Assembly (NCBI RefSeq): GCF_036321535.1 | Contig: NC_087445.1 | Span: 42,098,001-42,162,000, forward strand | Source of the DNA: Camelus dromedarius | Taxonomy: Eukaryota | Direction of reading: 5' to 3' | Length of the DNA: 64,000 nt | In this document: positions 25,691-37,379 of the stretch, piece by piece | Layout: every line of letters begins with the position of its first letter | Numbering within the stretch: the first letter of the stretch is position 1 | Program-made: the position numbers and the translations under genes | Notes under the pieces: model-generated | What the model was told of the DNA's origin: nothing | The model's database searches: none | The model's input: the letters and a program-made list of their open reading frames with translations, nothing else

Positions 25691-26688
25691 GCCCAGGAAG
25701 ATGCAGAAAGCTTGCTAACCGGGGATGACAATTCGAAAAGTGACGATCCATCCCATTTTCGTGATGGGAAGCGCCAGTCACGCATCCAGCTGAGTGCCTG
25801 AGTTGTGTGATGAAATCTAACCCCAGGCCAGCTTCATGCTTTTTGTTTTTCCCCATTAAGACAGGATTCTTACTTGATGCCATAGAAGTTTTTCACTCGA
25901 CACTGAGAATTCCTAATGCCTTTTTTCACCCCCATGGGGGAATATTTACAAACCGATATGCTCCCTATCAGAGCCCCCGGACTGAATCCTAAATGGACTA
26001 AATGAGATTTTCACGATGCCTCAAGGTGGCAGGCGGCACAGGGCGGTTGGCATATGATGCACTCTGCTCAGCAAACGCTGGGATCTACGGGGGAACAGCA
26101 GGTCCCCAGGGACTTGGTGGCAATTGCTCTTTAGTAATTCTCTAGGGCCTGGAGTTGCAAGTAAGAAAACAAAACGGCAATGTATGCGACATGCGTATGA
26201 CTAATAAAAACGCTGAGGGCTTGTTTGCTCACCTCTGAAGACAGGTTTAAAGGTAGTCTGGGGGTCGGTGCTAATCTCACGCTCCTCCTCTTGAGGGAAA
26301 ACTAGCTGACTTGAAAAGGACATTTGTCGAGGTCTTCCTCTCCTAAATACAGGGCTCCTTGGTAACCAAGTGGGCCGGCTTACGCCCGAGGCCCCAGGAG
26401 GGACTTCTTGTCACCTCCCACCTGCCGCTTTTCCTGGATGGAAGCAAGTGTCCTCTCCCAAGGAAGGCACAATGCAGGTGAGGGAGCAGAGACGGGACAG
26501 GCCCAGGAGAAGCAGGGCCTGCCTGGGCTCCAGTCCCCCGAGAAATGGGAAGAACAAAGGGCTACAGAGCCTGAGGACAGGCTACCAGTGAGGGAGCAGC
26601 GAGCACCAGGGCTGGGATGGTCTCCATGCGGTCACCCTGCCTCAAGTAAACGTGGTCACGGAAATATTCGTCTTGCCCAGACCACACT

Positions 26689-27027
26689 CGCAATGGACTG
26701 AATGTCTGCGCCCCCCTGAAACACTTATGTTGAAATCCTCACCCCAGGTGTGATAGTTTTAAAAGGTAGGGCCGTCAGGAGTTGACTGGGATGGGTGCCG
26801 TCATAAAAGAGACATAAAGGAGCTCCCTCAACGCTTCCGCCACATGAGGACATGGCGCGAAGTCGGCCACCTAAGAACCAGGAAGCAGGTGCTCACCAGA
26901 CCCCGAGGCTGCCTAAGACTTGATCTTGGACTTCCCAGCCTCAGGAACTGTGAGCAATAAATGTCTGCTGTTTATCAGCCACCCAAGCTATGGTGTTTTG
27001 TTATGGCAGCCTGGACAGACTGAGACA
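26689..27027 (+). mobile_element. Complete MLT1A-type MaLR solo LTR
   Basis: Starts (c)gcaatggactgaatg, contains gatcttggacttcccagcctc...gcaataaatgt and ends gactgagaca. The 5-bp TSD ACACT is perfect (26684-26688, 27028-27032). Confidence 0.92.
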
Positions 27028-27259
27028 ACACTGATTAGGTGAGTAACTCCTCACATGGGCTGGAACCAGGGAAAAGGTGGAGCCTCAACTGGGAAGCAGC
27101 CACCCTGAACCCTGACCCCGGGAGAAGGGGAGGCTCCCTGTTTCCCACTTTGTGAGCCAAATGGTGGGCGTCCTCCCTCCCACGAGCACCAGAAAAGGCC
27201 CCGTTCAAACCTTAAGGGTCTTAACACCTCCAATCCTTAACATCTCAAATTGATTCTCA

Positions 27260-28265
27260 AGATCTCTAATCTCATACAGCTCAACAGCAAACACATAGTC
27301 TGATTAAAAAATGGGCAGAGGATCTGAACAGACATTTCCCTGAAGAAGACATAGAGACGGCCAACAGGAACTACAGGAAAAGATGCTCAACATCACTAAT
27401 CATCAGGGAAACAAAATCAAAATCGTGATGAGGTTATCACTTCATACTTGTTACAATAGCTATTATNNNNNNNNNNNNNNNNNNNNNNNNNNNNNNNNNN
27501 NNNNNNNNNNNNNNNNNNNNNNNNNNNNNNNNNNNNNNNNNNNNNNNNNNNNNNNNNNNNNNNNNNNNNNNNNNNNNNNNNNNNNNNNNNNNNNNNNNNN
27601 NNNNNNNNNNNNNNNNNNNNNNNNNNNNNNNNNNNNNNNNNNNNNNNNNNNNAACACTAACTTAAAAAGATATCTACACACTCCTGCAGCATTATTTACA
27701 CTAGACAAGACATGGAAGGAACCTAAATGTCCATCAATGGATGAATGGATAAAGAAAACTGATATATATAGTTTCTTTATGGAATGGAATATTATTCAGC
27801 AATAAAATAGAAAGCCTTGCCATTTGTGACAACTTGGATGAACCTTGAAGGCATTATGCTAAGTGAAGCAAATCAGACAGAGAAAGACAAACATATGATC
27901 TCACTTACATGTGGAATCGTTCAAACAAACAAACAGCCCAACATACAGATACAAAGCACAGATGAGGGGGTGGAAGGTGGTTAAAAGGTATAAACTCTTA
28001 GTTATAAAATAAATAAGTCCTGGGGATGTAATATAATGTTCAGCACGGTGACTACAGTTAACAAAACTGTATTGTGTATTTAAAAGTTGCCAAGAGAGTA
28101 GATCTTAGAAGTTCTCATCATAAGAAAAATCGTAGCTATGTATGGTGATGAATGTTAACTAGACTTATTGCTGTGATCATTTTGTGATATATACAGACAC
28201 ATTTTACAATATATACATCGTTACGTTGTATATCTGAGCTAATATCTTATCATAGCTCAAAAAAA
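27260..28265 (+). mobile_element. 5'-truncated LINE-1 (L1MA-like) 3' end
   Basis: aaatgggcagaggatctgaacagacattt..., the remnant KTWKEPKCPSMDEWIKK, an L1MA-type 3' UTR and an A-rich end. Confidence 0.9.
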
Positions 28266-28329
28266 TCTCTAATCACCAGAAAATATTGTTTTATGCAATC
28301 CCCTGCTAACACATGGTTGACTAACGCTG

Positions 28330-28660
28330 CCTGCAGGGCAGAGCCCAAGTTCCTCAGTGTGGCGCTTACAGCTCAGCACTGCCTGAGCCCAGTGCGCATC
28401 TTCAACCTGACCCCTCACCAATGCTCCCTCTCCACATAAAAGGACTCTGTGTCACTACGTCACATAAGCGTGACTACACTTTCTTGACCTGTGGTCTTCA
28501 ATGCTGTCCTTCTCCAAATTCTTCAAGACCCAGATCGACCTGACTTCCCCCCAAAATCATTCCCCAATCCCCTTTGGACGGGCCCCTCCTCCCACCCACA
28601 GCACCTGCTGTCCTGTTCCATGCTGGTGCCCGTCACTCAGCAAACATGTGTTGAGGGTTG
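28330..28660 (+). mobile_element. L2 fragments
   Basis: cccaagttcctcagtgtggc and cactcagcaaacatgtgttgag are L2 3'-end-like phrases. Confidence 0.45.
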
Positions 28661-30869
28661 GCGAGACGCTGGGAATGACAGTGGGTTGCGAGAGGGCCTG
28701 CGTCCTGAGGACGGAGGCAGACAGGAGTGTCATGTGTAGTTACAGGTCCACATGATGGGCCGTTAAGAGTGGTTAAAAAAAAAAAAAAGGCTGTGGTCAC
28801 ACAAGAAGGAAAGGTTTAACTAGGGAAGACTTAAAAGCAAGGTAATTCTGAGTTGAAGCTTGAGGGATGGAGCGATTACGAGGAGGAAAAGAGAACACAC
28901 GCAAAGGAGAATTAAAGGCCAGGACCGACGCAAGATCTAGGGAAGTTCTGTACAAAAGAGGTCATGGGGGCTTCTCATCTCTGCAACCTGGACATCAAGT
29001 AAGCAGATTCTCCACGTTGAGAATGTGAAGTATTTCCTCCTCATTTGCATCTTACAGTGATGGCTGGGAGGCACAACCACGCTAAGTTCCATGAAGAACA
29101 CGTGCCCTCCAGTCTAGTCCCTGCCACTCTCGAAATAACCTGTCCGGCGGTCTCGGTGCCGGCTGGTTTCCAGTGCTGGCAGGTAGCAGAGTCCAACAGG
29201 AAACCCCATCAGACATCTCAAGTGCAGCTCCCTGAGACGCAATTATTTGCTTTCCTCTTGGCTCACGTGCAAACCTCCCTCCTGTGGAGGAAAAGGCCGG
29301 ATCCAGTGGACACGGCCCAAGACCCCAACAGGAAGCTGGCTTTCTTCAGGCTATGACTTGGCCCAAATCTCTGCATAAAAAATTACCGGTGGACCTGAAG
29401 GGACAATATTTCATACATCTATACGCTTTGCAGCCTTTGCTCGCTGCCAAGTCGGTACTTCCCTCCAGCAAAAGTCAGCATTAAACCAGAGATCTGAACA
29501 TTCATTTTGGTATCTTTTGCAACGCCTTGTTATTTTGCCAGTAAATACAGGTTCTCACAAAATTCACTTACTTTCTTAGCAAAGAATACAATTTAGACAG
29601 AGACCCTTAATTCATTTCCATGATTCAAGTCACCCACCTGCCTGCCTCTCCCAATGGATACTGCTTCCTCTTATCAATGCCTCCATAAACCACGTGGATT
29701 TATATTCCCTACAGGATCAGAACGTAGCCTTTACATGTCAAAACCAGACACTTAGAAGCAGACTGCTGAGTCACCAATGAGGGCCTGCTGGTCATCTGCT
29801 AGTTGCCCTCCTCTGTCACCTAGGGTGGGATCTGCCCCAGAGAAACTGGGATGCAGCTTCCCAAGGCTCAGAAATGCCCTCTGGTATCACAGATGCAGAC
29901 GGTATGAGTGATCCACAAAGTTACTAACTGATGCCAGGAGCTAGTCAGGTGGCTACGAGTCTGTGTTCCCCGAGCTTTCTTCTGAAAAAAGGCCAAAGCC
30001 ACACACTCAACTTCAGTGAGTGAGGTCCAGAAACACAGACATAGAGTGGTTACAGGAGCATGGCTGTAAACTAATGGATTGTTTAGCAGAAGGGAAAAAA
30101 TACACATTGTGTCCTGCCTCACAATATTTTAAAATCCGGATTTTCGGGTACAGGTTAAGACATCACACACAACTTTAACGCCTAGTCGCCTGGAGGGCTG
30201 CTGCTACATTCTGCACATGACGCAAAACGAGCAGCCAAGGTGTGCCACGCCGGGCGCCATTTTTATTAGCACCGTTTCTGCTTCAGAAATTGATTGCTTC
30301 AGGAAGGGAGACGGTCAGGATACAGGATTTTATGCTTCAAGCATTCACACAACACTACACTGTAAACACCACTCGTCACTTTTAATTGCTATGACAAGCT
30401 TCACTATTTCTTCTCAGACATAACATTAAATACCTCATAAATTACTTTATTAAAGGTCATTATTTTAAAAGAGCAAGACTAGTTGACTTTAATGTAATGA
30501 TCCGTGATGATGTAAACTCTATCAGTCATTATCATTTGTGGCTTATCAAATGCTGAACACTGCAAGATTCACATCCTTAACAAGGACTGAGGAATACACT
30601 CTGTCAGGGATTTGTTTCATTTACATACATCAACTGGGTAAATAAATGTGACAACTCAAAAGACAGCGACTTCAAAGCCTTATGAAAAAAAATAATTTGC
30701 AAGCCTGGCCCACGTCTTTCTTTCCTTCCTGGATTATTTAAGAAAAAGCCTGGAGTATTTGACTTTGTATCTCCAGCAGGATCACGGTGTTATGTGTCCT
30801 ACCTGATGTCAACACACACACAAAACACATTGTGTGCTGAGGTCCTGTTATGTAGGGGAGGAGGGCGCA

Positions 30870-30975
30870 GGGAAGGAGCAGGGCTGTGAGCTACCTCGGT
30901 TTGAAACATAGCTCTACTTCAAATACTCCTGTGACCTTAGGTGAGAGACCGAACCTCAGTTCCCCACATCTCCTG
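30870..30975 (+). mobile_element. MIR
   Basis: ctgtgaccttaggtgag...aacctcagttcccc. Confidence 0.6.
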
Positions 30976-31251
30976 GGGTTCGGGGGGACAGTGAGATGGT
31001 GGGCGCATGGCGCTTTGCCAGCACACAACAGCAGCCGCTATCAGACTTGGCCAAACTACTGTTAGAATCTCTTGGTAAGGCAATCGCTTACCTCAAATCT
31101 TTGGCCGAACTGTAAATCCAGTAAAAGTCTTTCTATTCCCTGGAATTGCACGGAGTTAATCCAGATCCATTTGATTTATATAAACCTGGAAAATCATCCA
31201 GGTTTCTGCCAATTGCTCACTTAGAAATGTTTCTTCCTAAGATTCTCCACA

Positions 31252-31791
31252 TGTTAGAGGGAAGCATCATCAAAAATCTCTCGAAATGTTCAATATAATC
31301 ACACCACCCAAGACAGCTGTTCTCCTGCTCTCTGTACGCCCCCTGCTTGACCAGTCCCTGCTTCACCCACACCCTCCTCCCAGGACTGACCTTCCTACAG
31401 AGCCTAATCAGTAAATGCCGACAGTCTGGCCCCACCTCAGCTAGTGACTGTTCTAATCCTGACATCAGAACATCTCCACTATGGCAGTTTATCAAAGGGG
31501 CCTCTGGAGAGGGGCATACCCATCTGGTTTCCCTGGTAACCGATAAGCCAACCTGACATCAATTCCACCTGTAACTGGTAACCTCCCTCTTCCCCAGGTA
31601 GTGAAGACCGCTGCCCTGTCCCGTCCGCCAGCGGCTGTCCACAGTGGGGTGTCGCTCCAGGACCCCTGCGCTGCAGACGTGTAAGACCCCCATCTACTGA
31701 ACCACTGATGTCTCTGTCACTCTGGGCTCTTTATTCAGTCCTCAGGCTGGGCAAGTACAGGGCTTGCAGGCCTTTGGGATTCAGCCCAACA
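31252..31791 (+). mobile_element. ERVL-class solo LTR (MER74/MER73-like), ~540 bp
   Basis: TG start and CA end, with the terminal ggctgggcaagtacagggcttgcaggcc...cagcccaaca I associate with this group. No TSD is readable. Confidence 0.6.
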
Positions 31792-33759
31792 ACTCTCAGC
31801 CCCAGAGCAAACCAAGAAAACAACAGATAACAAATATAAACAGAGCAGCTGGAATGAGAAATAATTAAGGACAGCTCACGAGCCATCCCGCTTCTGCTAT
31901 CCAAATCAGACAACAGGAACAGAAATAATCAGGATACTAGACTCGGCTGGACAGATATTATTTCCTGCGTAATTTTCTTAGTCTTTGCAAATCTTTGCAA
32001 GTGATTATTTGAGATCAGATTTCGCATACTCTCTAGGCTAGCAGTCAGCTCCGGAAGGTTTTAATATTATAATTTCTACCTGTGTATGAATCAGTGTATT
32101 CTTCCTGCTCAGGATGTTTAGAGAAGCAAAGAAATACAGCATATTTGCCTGTTACCTCCAGGTCTGAGATTTCCAGCAGAGATGAGGTCACAGAGCAGGC
32201 AGGCCCGGGTGCAGGGGACTGGTGTAAACCAGAGTGCGTGGAGAGGAGTGGAGGAGGGAGAGAGGAAGACAGAGACTGGAGGGCCAGGGCCAGGAGAGGA
32301 GGTCACCCTCAGCCTGCGGGGAGCAAGAGCCTCAACACGGGTGAGAAGAAACGACGTGGAAGCCCACAGTTTTATGGAACTTACGGAAGACAGGACTATG
32401 TCCTTTAATATTTTCTAATATTTTCGTTCAGTCAAGCAACCAAGCAGCAACCTCCTTTCAAAGACTATTTTATAGCACACTGATCTTCCCTCTTACAGTG
32501 ACCCTCTGCTGCTTGCGTATCCCACTAATGGTATGCTCACACGCCAGTGAGCCCAAGTCTGCTCTCAACTTACATACGGAAATTCCTTCTCTTTTCCCAT
32601 AACCCTCCTCACTTAATGCAGTTAGGATTCAGACACTTAATGCCTTGAGTAGTCACACCATTGACTTTCCAATTCACTGACCTTCCCTCCATCCACACCT
32701 CAAACTGAAAATGGATTTTGCAAACTATACTAGAGCCGTCAGCAAGGAGCAAAGTGTGTCTGAACGTCAGCTCCTTTTGTTTCGCGTGTCCACTTTCTGG
32801 CTCTACAACTGATGCATAGGGATCTGGCCAAACTGCTGGAGACTTTGGATAAAGAGAAAGAGGAAATAGGCTGTGGGATGCAGAGGTAAGGGATTAACAA
32901 GAAAACAGGTATGGATGATACGACAGAGCCTGGAAACCCTGAACAGCCCGAAGAAGTGCAAGGGAGATTTGCTCTACACAAACCAAACACGTACACATCA
33001 GTATATCAGACGGAGCCTGAGCAAGTTCCTGGTGTGTATGCCAAGCAAGTCTGGGGAAAACAGAAGTGAAATGAAATAAACTAAGCAATTTGGTAAAATA
33101 TCTTCTTTGTTAACTTAAACTGTATGGACGGGCCAAGTTTGGCCCAGAAACAAGCATTTGCCTGATTCTTTGGCCAACACAATACGTACTGGATAAGAGT
33201 TTGGTTTGCTTCGTGTCCAAAGAAACAAACTCAAGGGCTTGTATGGACTGCGGTTTTGAGCTCTGGTCAGTGGCGTTACCCTTGGCCTGACTCGTCCTTG
33301 ATCGCACACAAGTTCTTATCATTACCTCTTGGGCTCTAAGCCTTTTCTCTCTTCTTCCTCCAAAGACTGCAGAAGGACCAGGCAGTAAGTAAAACGAGCA
33401 TGAAGATAAAGAATAAGTGTGGCATTGCAGTAAGCAGATAAACTGATCACATGACAAGAAAATTACAAAGAAATTTACAAAAAATGACGAGAAAGCCAGT
33501 AACCTACAGCCGTGAACGTTTTCTCATATGGAAAGATACTCTGAAAATAAGTCCTTTACAAAATGAGCTTGGTGCATTATATTCCTAAGGCTTTTTTTTT
33601 CTTAAAACAATAATAATCTGTCTTTAGTTAACAGAGTTTATTTTTTCTTTTTAGTCTTATTTTCAGGAACAAGATATGATGAAACTTTTCAGACTCTGAC
33701 ATATATTTTTAGCTATATGAATGTTATTATTTATTTTGTATAAAGTTTAATCACATTAA

Positions 33760-34265
33760 TGATAATAACTAACATTTGTTTAGTGTGTATCTACACCAGA
33801 CATTATTCGAAGCACCTAAGTATGTAAAAAGGGGTTGGCAAACTTTTCTGTAAAGGACCAGACAGTAAGTATTTTAGGCTCTTCAGGACACATTGTCTCT
33901 GTTGTAACAACTTAACTCTGGAATGCACTTATAGACGATACATAAATGCGTGAATGTCGCTGGGTCCCCATAAAACTTTGTTTCAGATGCTGAAATTTAA
34001 GTTTCTTAACAATTTTCATGTGTTATAGAATATTACTCCTATTTTGGTTTTTTTCAACCACTTAAAAAATGTAGAAACCAATCTTAGCTTGCAAGCTGCA
34101 CATTAACAAATGGTCGGCTGGATTTGGCCTGGGGGGCCATAGTTGGCTGCAGAGCAGTACTTAATCCTCACACCGGCTCAAAGCAGAAGGCATTGCTGTG
34201 ACTCTTATTTTCTAGGTGGGAAGACTAAGGAAAAGCAAGTTAAAGTAACACACCTAGTATGGAGT
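33760..34265 (-). mobile_element. MIR split by a nested MER58B
   Basis: The MIR halves (taacatttgtttagtg...gtatgtaa and ttaatcctcac...attttctaggtgggaagactaagg...gttaaagtaac) are collinear across the insertion. Confidence 0.7.
33829..34150 (-). mobile_element. MER58B (hAT-Charlie MITE)
   Basis: ggggttggcaaacttttctgtaaaggaccag...cataaaactttg...tttttttcaaccacttaaaaaatgtagaaacc...ggatttggcc. Confidence 0.85.
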
Positions 34266-36202
34266 TCAGTAACTATCATAACTATTTGAATCATTAGCAA
34301 ATTTGCACATAGATATGTTTTACATTCAATTTATGTTCAGAAAATGTATCACATATGACAAACCACATGTATGTGGAAATAAGAGCAAAAATAAGGTTTC
34401 CCCCAGATAAATTCACTATAATATCTTTGAGCCTTAATTTTCTCCCTATTTAGCTTGTCTCTATAATTTTTAGTTAGATACCGAGTTTCTAAATTTATCC
34501 CCTTGCCCCACTACTCAGGAAAATGTATCCATTTTTCCCACCACATCATGGAGGATGAAACATAAGAAAGACACTCAACATTTTAATTCATTTGCTTAAT
34601 TTTTAGTGTCAGGGCAGTAGATCTGTTTACCCAGATGTTGCACACATGTAAACATGCTTTTCCACATGCTCTAATACCACACATCTGACATTTTTAAACC
34701 AATAAAATTATTGTGAAATAGTCCTCATTTGAAGATGGGGATATATTTTCTTATGTTACTTTACGCAGTTAAAAAAATAATTCTACAAACATTCTTAGTT
34801 AATAAGACACTCCTAAGAATCTGCATGTGGATCTGCTTTGTCTGCTTTTACTCTGTTCCTCCAGAGAGAGAGAGAGAGACACGACGACTGAAGACAGCGT
34901 GGAGGGAGGGCAGGGAAAATAAACATGAAAAACTCAAACCACTCCGCTTCGGTCTGTGCATCTACTAAAGGTATGACCATGGGATCCAGGGGTACACTTC
35001 TGGCTGAAGTTCTGTTGATGCATTATCTGCAGTTTTCAGTGATTTATTTGATACTTGTTCTGTCCCCAGTGCTTTTATCTGACAGTGCACACTAGATAGA
35101 ACAAGGTCCTGGCACCTTTTAAAAGCAATGTTTACTGTCTGCTTAAAAAACCAGTATCCTCATCTTGAATGACTTACTGGTAGGTACAAGAAAGTCACCC
35201 AAATACTTGGGGGGCCAACTCAAAAGATCTCTCCTTGGAGAACTATAACGTGCCCAATTATGTTGGACTGACAAGTTTTGAGAAACAGTGGGCTCCCTGC
35301 TTTTTTAAACCTTGGCATTCTGTATAATGTGTGTGACAGTAACTAATGTAGAAGGTACAAAGGGCATTATAAAATTTACAAAGAGACTAAATATTATTTT
35401 TTCCACAGAAAAAGCATTAAGTACACCAAATGAAAAATTGAGAACTGATTGTAAACTGTTAAGATGGAAAGTTTCAATATTTTGCCCTACAGAAGAGTTT
35501 GCTTCTTCTCTTTGCTCTTTATTCTGATAAAAATGTAATAATGTAATAAAGGATTTTTATTTTGATAAAATGTTTTTCTAAAACATGTGCAATATAACCT
35601 TATTATTAAATTGGGCAGTCAGACAAAAAAATCCGAAGTATCAATGTTCTACTATGTACAGAAAACTGTATTCTGAGTGTTATGAAGGAAGTAAAAGATC
35701 TCTTCCAGAAACTAATAACCAAGTGAGAGCAGAGAGAAGTCCAACAGAAATAAACACCTTTATGTACAACTCACAGGAACATCAAAATCATACAAAATCA
35801 GCTTCTTTTACAGTGAAAGAAAAAAGATGGGTGGGTGGATAATTCAACTATCATAAAGAAAGCAGGCAATTTTGAAGGATGTGAGGGAAAAGCTGGGCAA
35901 ACGCCAGTACTTCACGGGAGAGAATCGGTGTCTGTGGTCACAGACACATCATCATGAGAAGCTAACGTGCTGTGACTACAGAGAGTCCACGGGAGAGGGC
36001 TCACGGCTGGGACCCGAATCTCAGGGATCCAGACAATATCCATGTGTTGAAGTTTATGAACCCACAAATACCAGTGTGTTGGAGACTTGACTAAAGGTGA
36101 AAGGAGAGGGGATCAGGACTAATTCTACTGCTGAAAAGGACCAGAGAGAGAAAGGGACACCACAGATCTCAAAAGTGCCAGAGATGGAGTGAGGCAGCAA
36201 TA

Positions 36203-36382
36203 ATTCAACTTTAAGAATGGACGTGTGTTGGAAACTAGCTCACATGCCGTTTATGGCGAATGTCCACTCTTGCTGATCCTCTTTTCTGACTGACTGGTAG
36301 CTGTGCCGTACTTGTTAAAGGTTTAGTATGTGTCTGCGGGTTTGCAAGTTTATAAGCTGTACACTTCATTCAACTTTAAGAA
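36203..36382. repeat. Perfect 15-bp direct repeat flanking an unidentified 150-bp segment
   Basis: ATTCAACTTTAAGAA at 36203-36217 and 36368-36382. Confidence 0.9.
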
Positions 36383-37379
36383 CAGCACTGAAAATTCCCC
36401 AATCTGCCCCCTCCACTCCCACCAACATTTTCACCTTCCGAAGGCCAAGGAAATGAGTAAGGAACTGCTGCTCCTGATATAACTCTGAATGTCCAGTGGA
36501 AGTTCAGAAACAAAATAGAAGAAATTTTGGGTGACAGTGACCATATGCTTGTTCGTGACTGGGATCACTGAAAAGGGGCACAGGTCTTAAACATATGTTT
36601 CCATTGACTTTAGAAATGTAATTTAATAAAATTAGGATCAGGGTGCAAGGCAGAAATTACAGAGTCTAAATTACCCTTCAAAGTGTATTTTGAAGGAACA
36701 TACCGGTGGCCCCAAGCCCATTTGCCATGCCACACGTCTCACACAGACCGCTCTTCCCTTCGTAGTAGTAAAGGACCTGGCTCCTTTGGTGAGCACTGGA
36801 TGAAGTCTTGTTTGGGTTTATGTCGGCATCAGGGGGCTTGCTGAACAGAGAATTAGAATCACTGCACACGAGGCTCATACACTGCACTGCAAGCTGCTCC
36901 CGTGAGGTGAGGGAAGCAGGAACTGAGACCAACTGTGGAAACAGCCAATTCCACTTCTCCGTCTCACAGTATTTCACTGCATCCTTTCACTGCGTGAAAG
37001 GCAGCCCAGAGCCTTTTGCATAACTTATTTTCTCTTTCTCGCTCTCTCTCCCTCCTTTTCCCTTTTTATGGCTGAACATCTATTACTACATTTTCATAAA
37101 TCCACTTACGATGTGACTCTGTATAATTCCATAAGCTGTGTCTCTAAAAGTGACACTGACCCTAAAAGATTTAGACAGTCTCAAAGATACGATCTGGACC
37201 CCTTAGGCCAAGGCATTCTCATGAAGGTGAGAAACTTCCAAAATCATTGTAGCCACAAAGGAGGCTTTCCCATGATCAAAACTTCTAAAAAAGACAAAAT
37301 GTGGGGGAGAGGAGAAATTGTGAAGAAAATCACATAATCGAAGGTAACTAGGTAGTATTAAGGACTTGAGCAACTTAGA

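Noticed and set aside
30505-30557. GTGATGA...CTGA on + strand
   Set aside because: Too short for a C/D snoRNA, antisense to the host gene, and no terminal stem.
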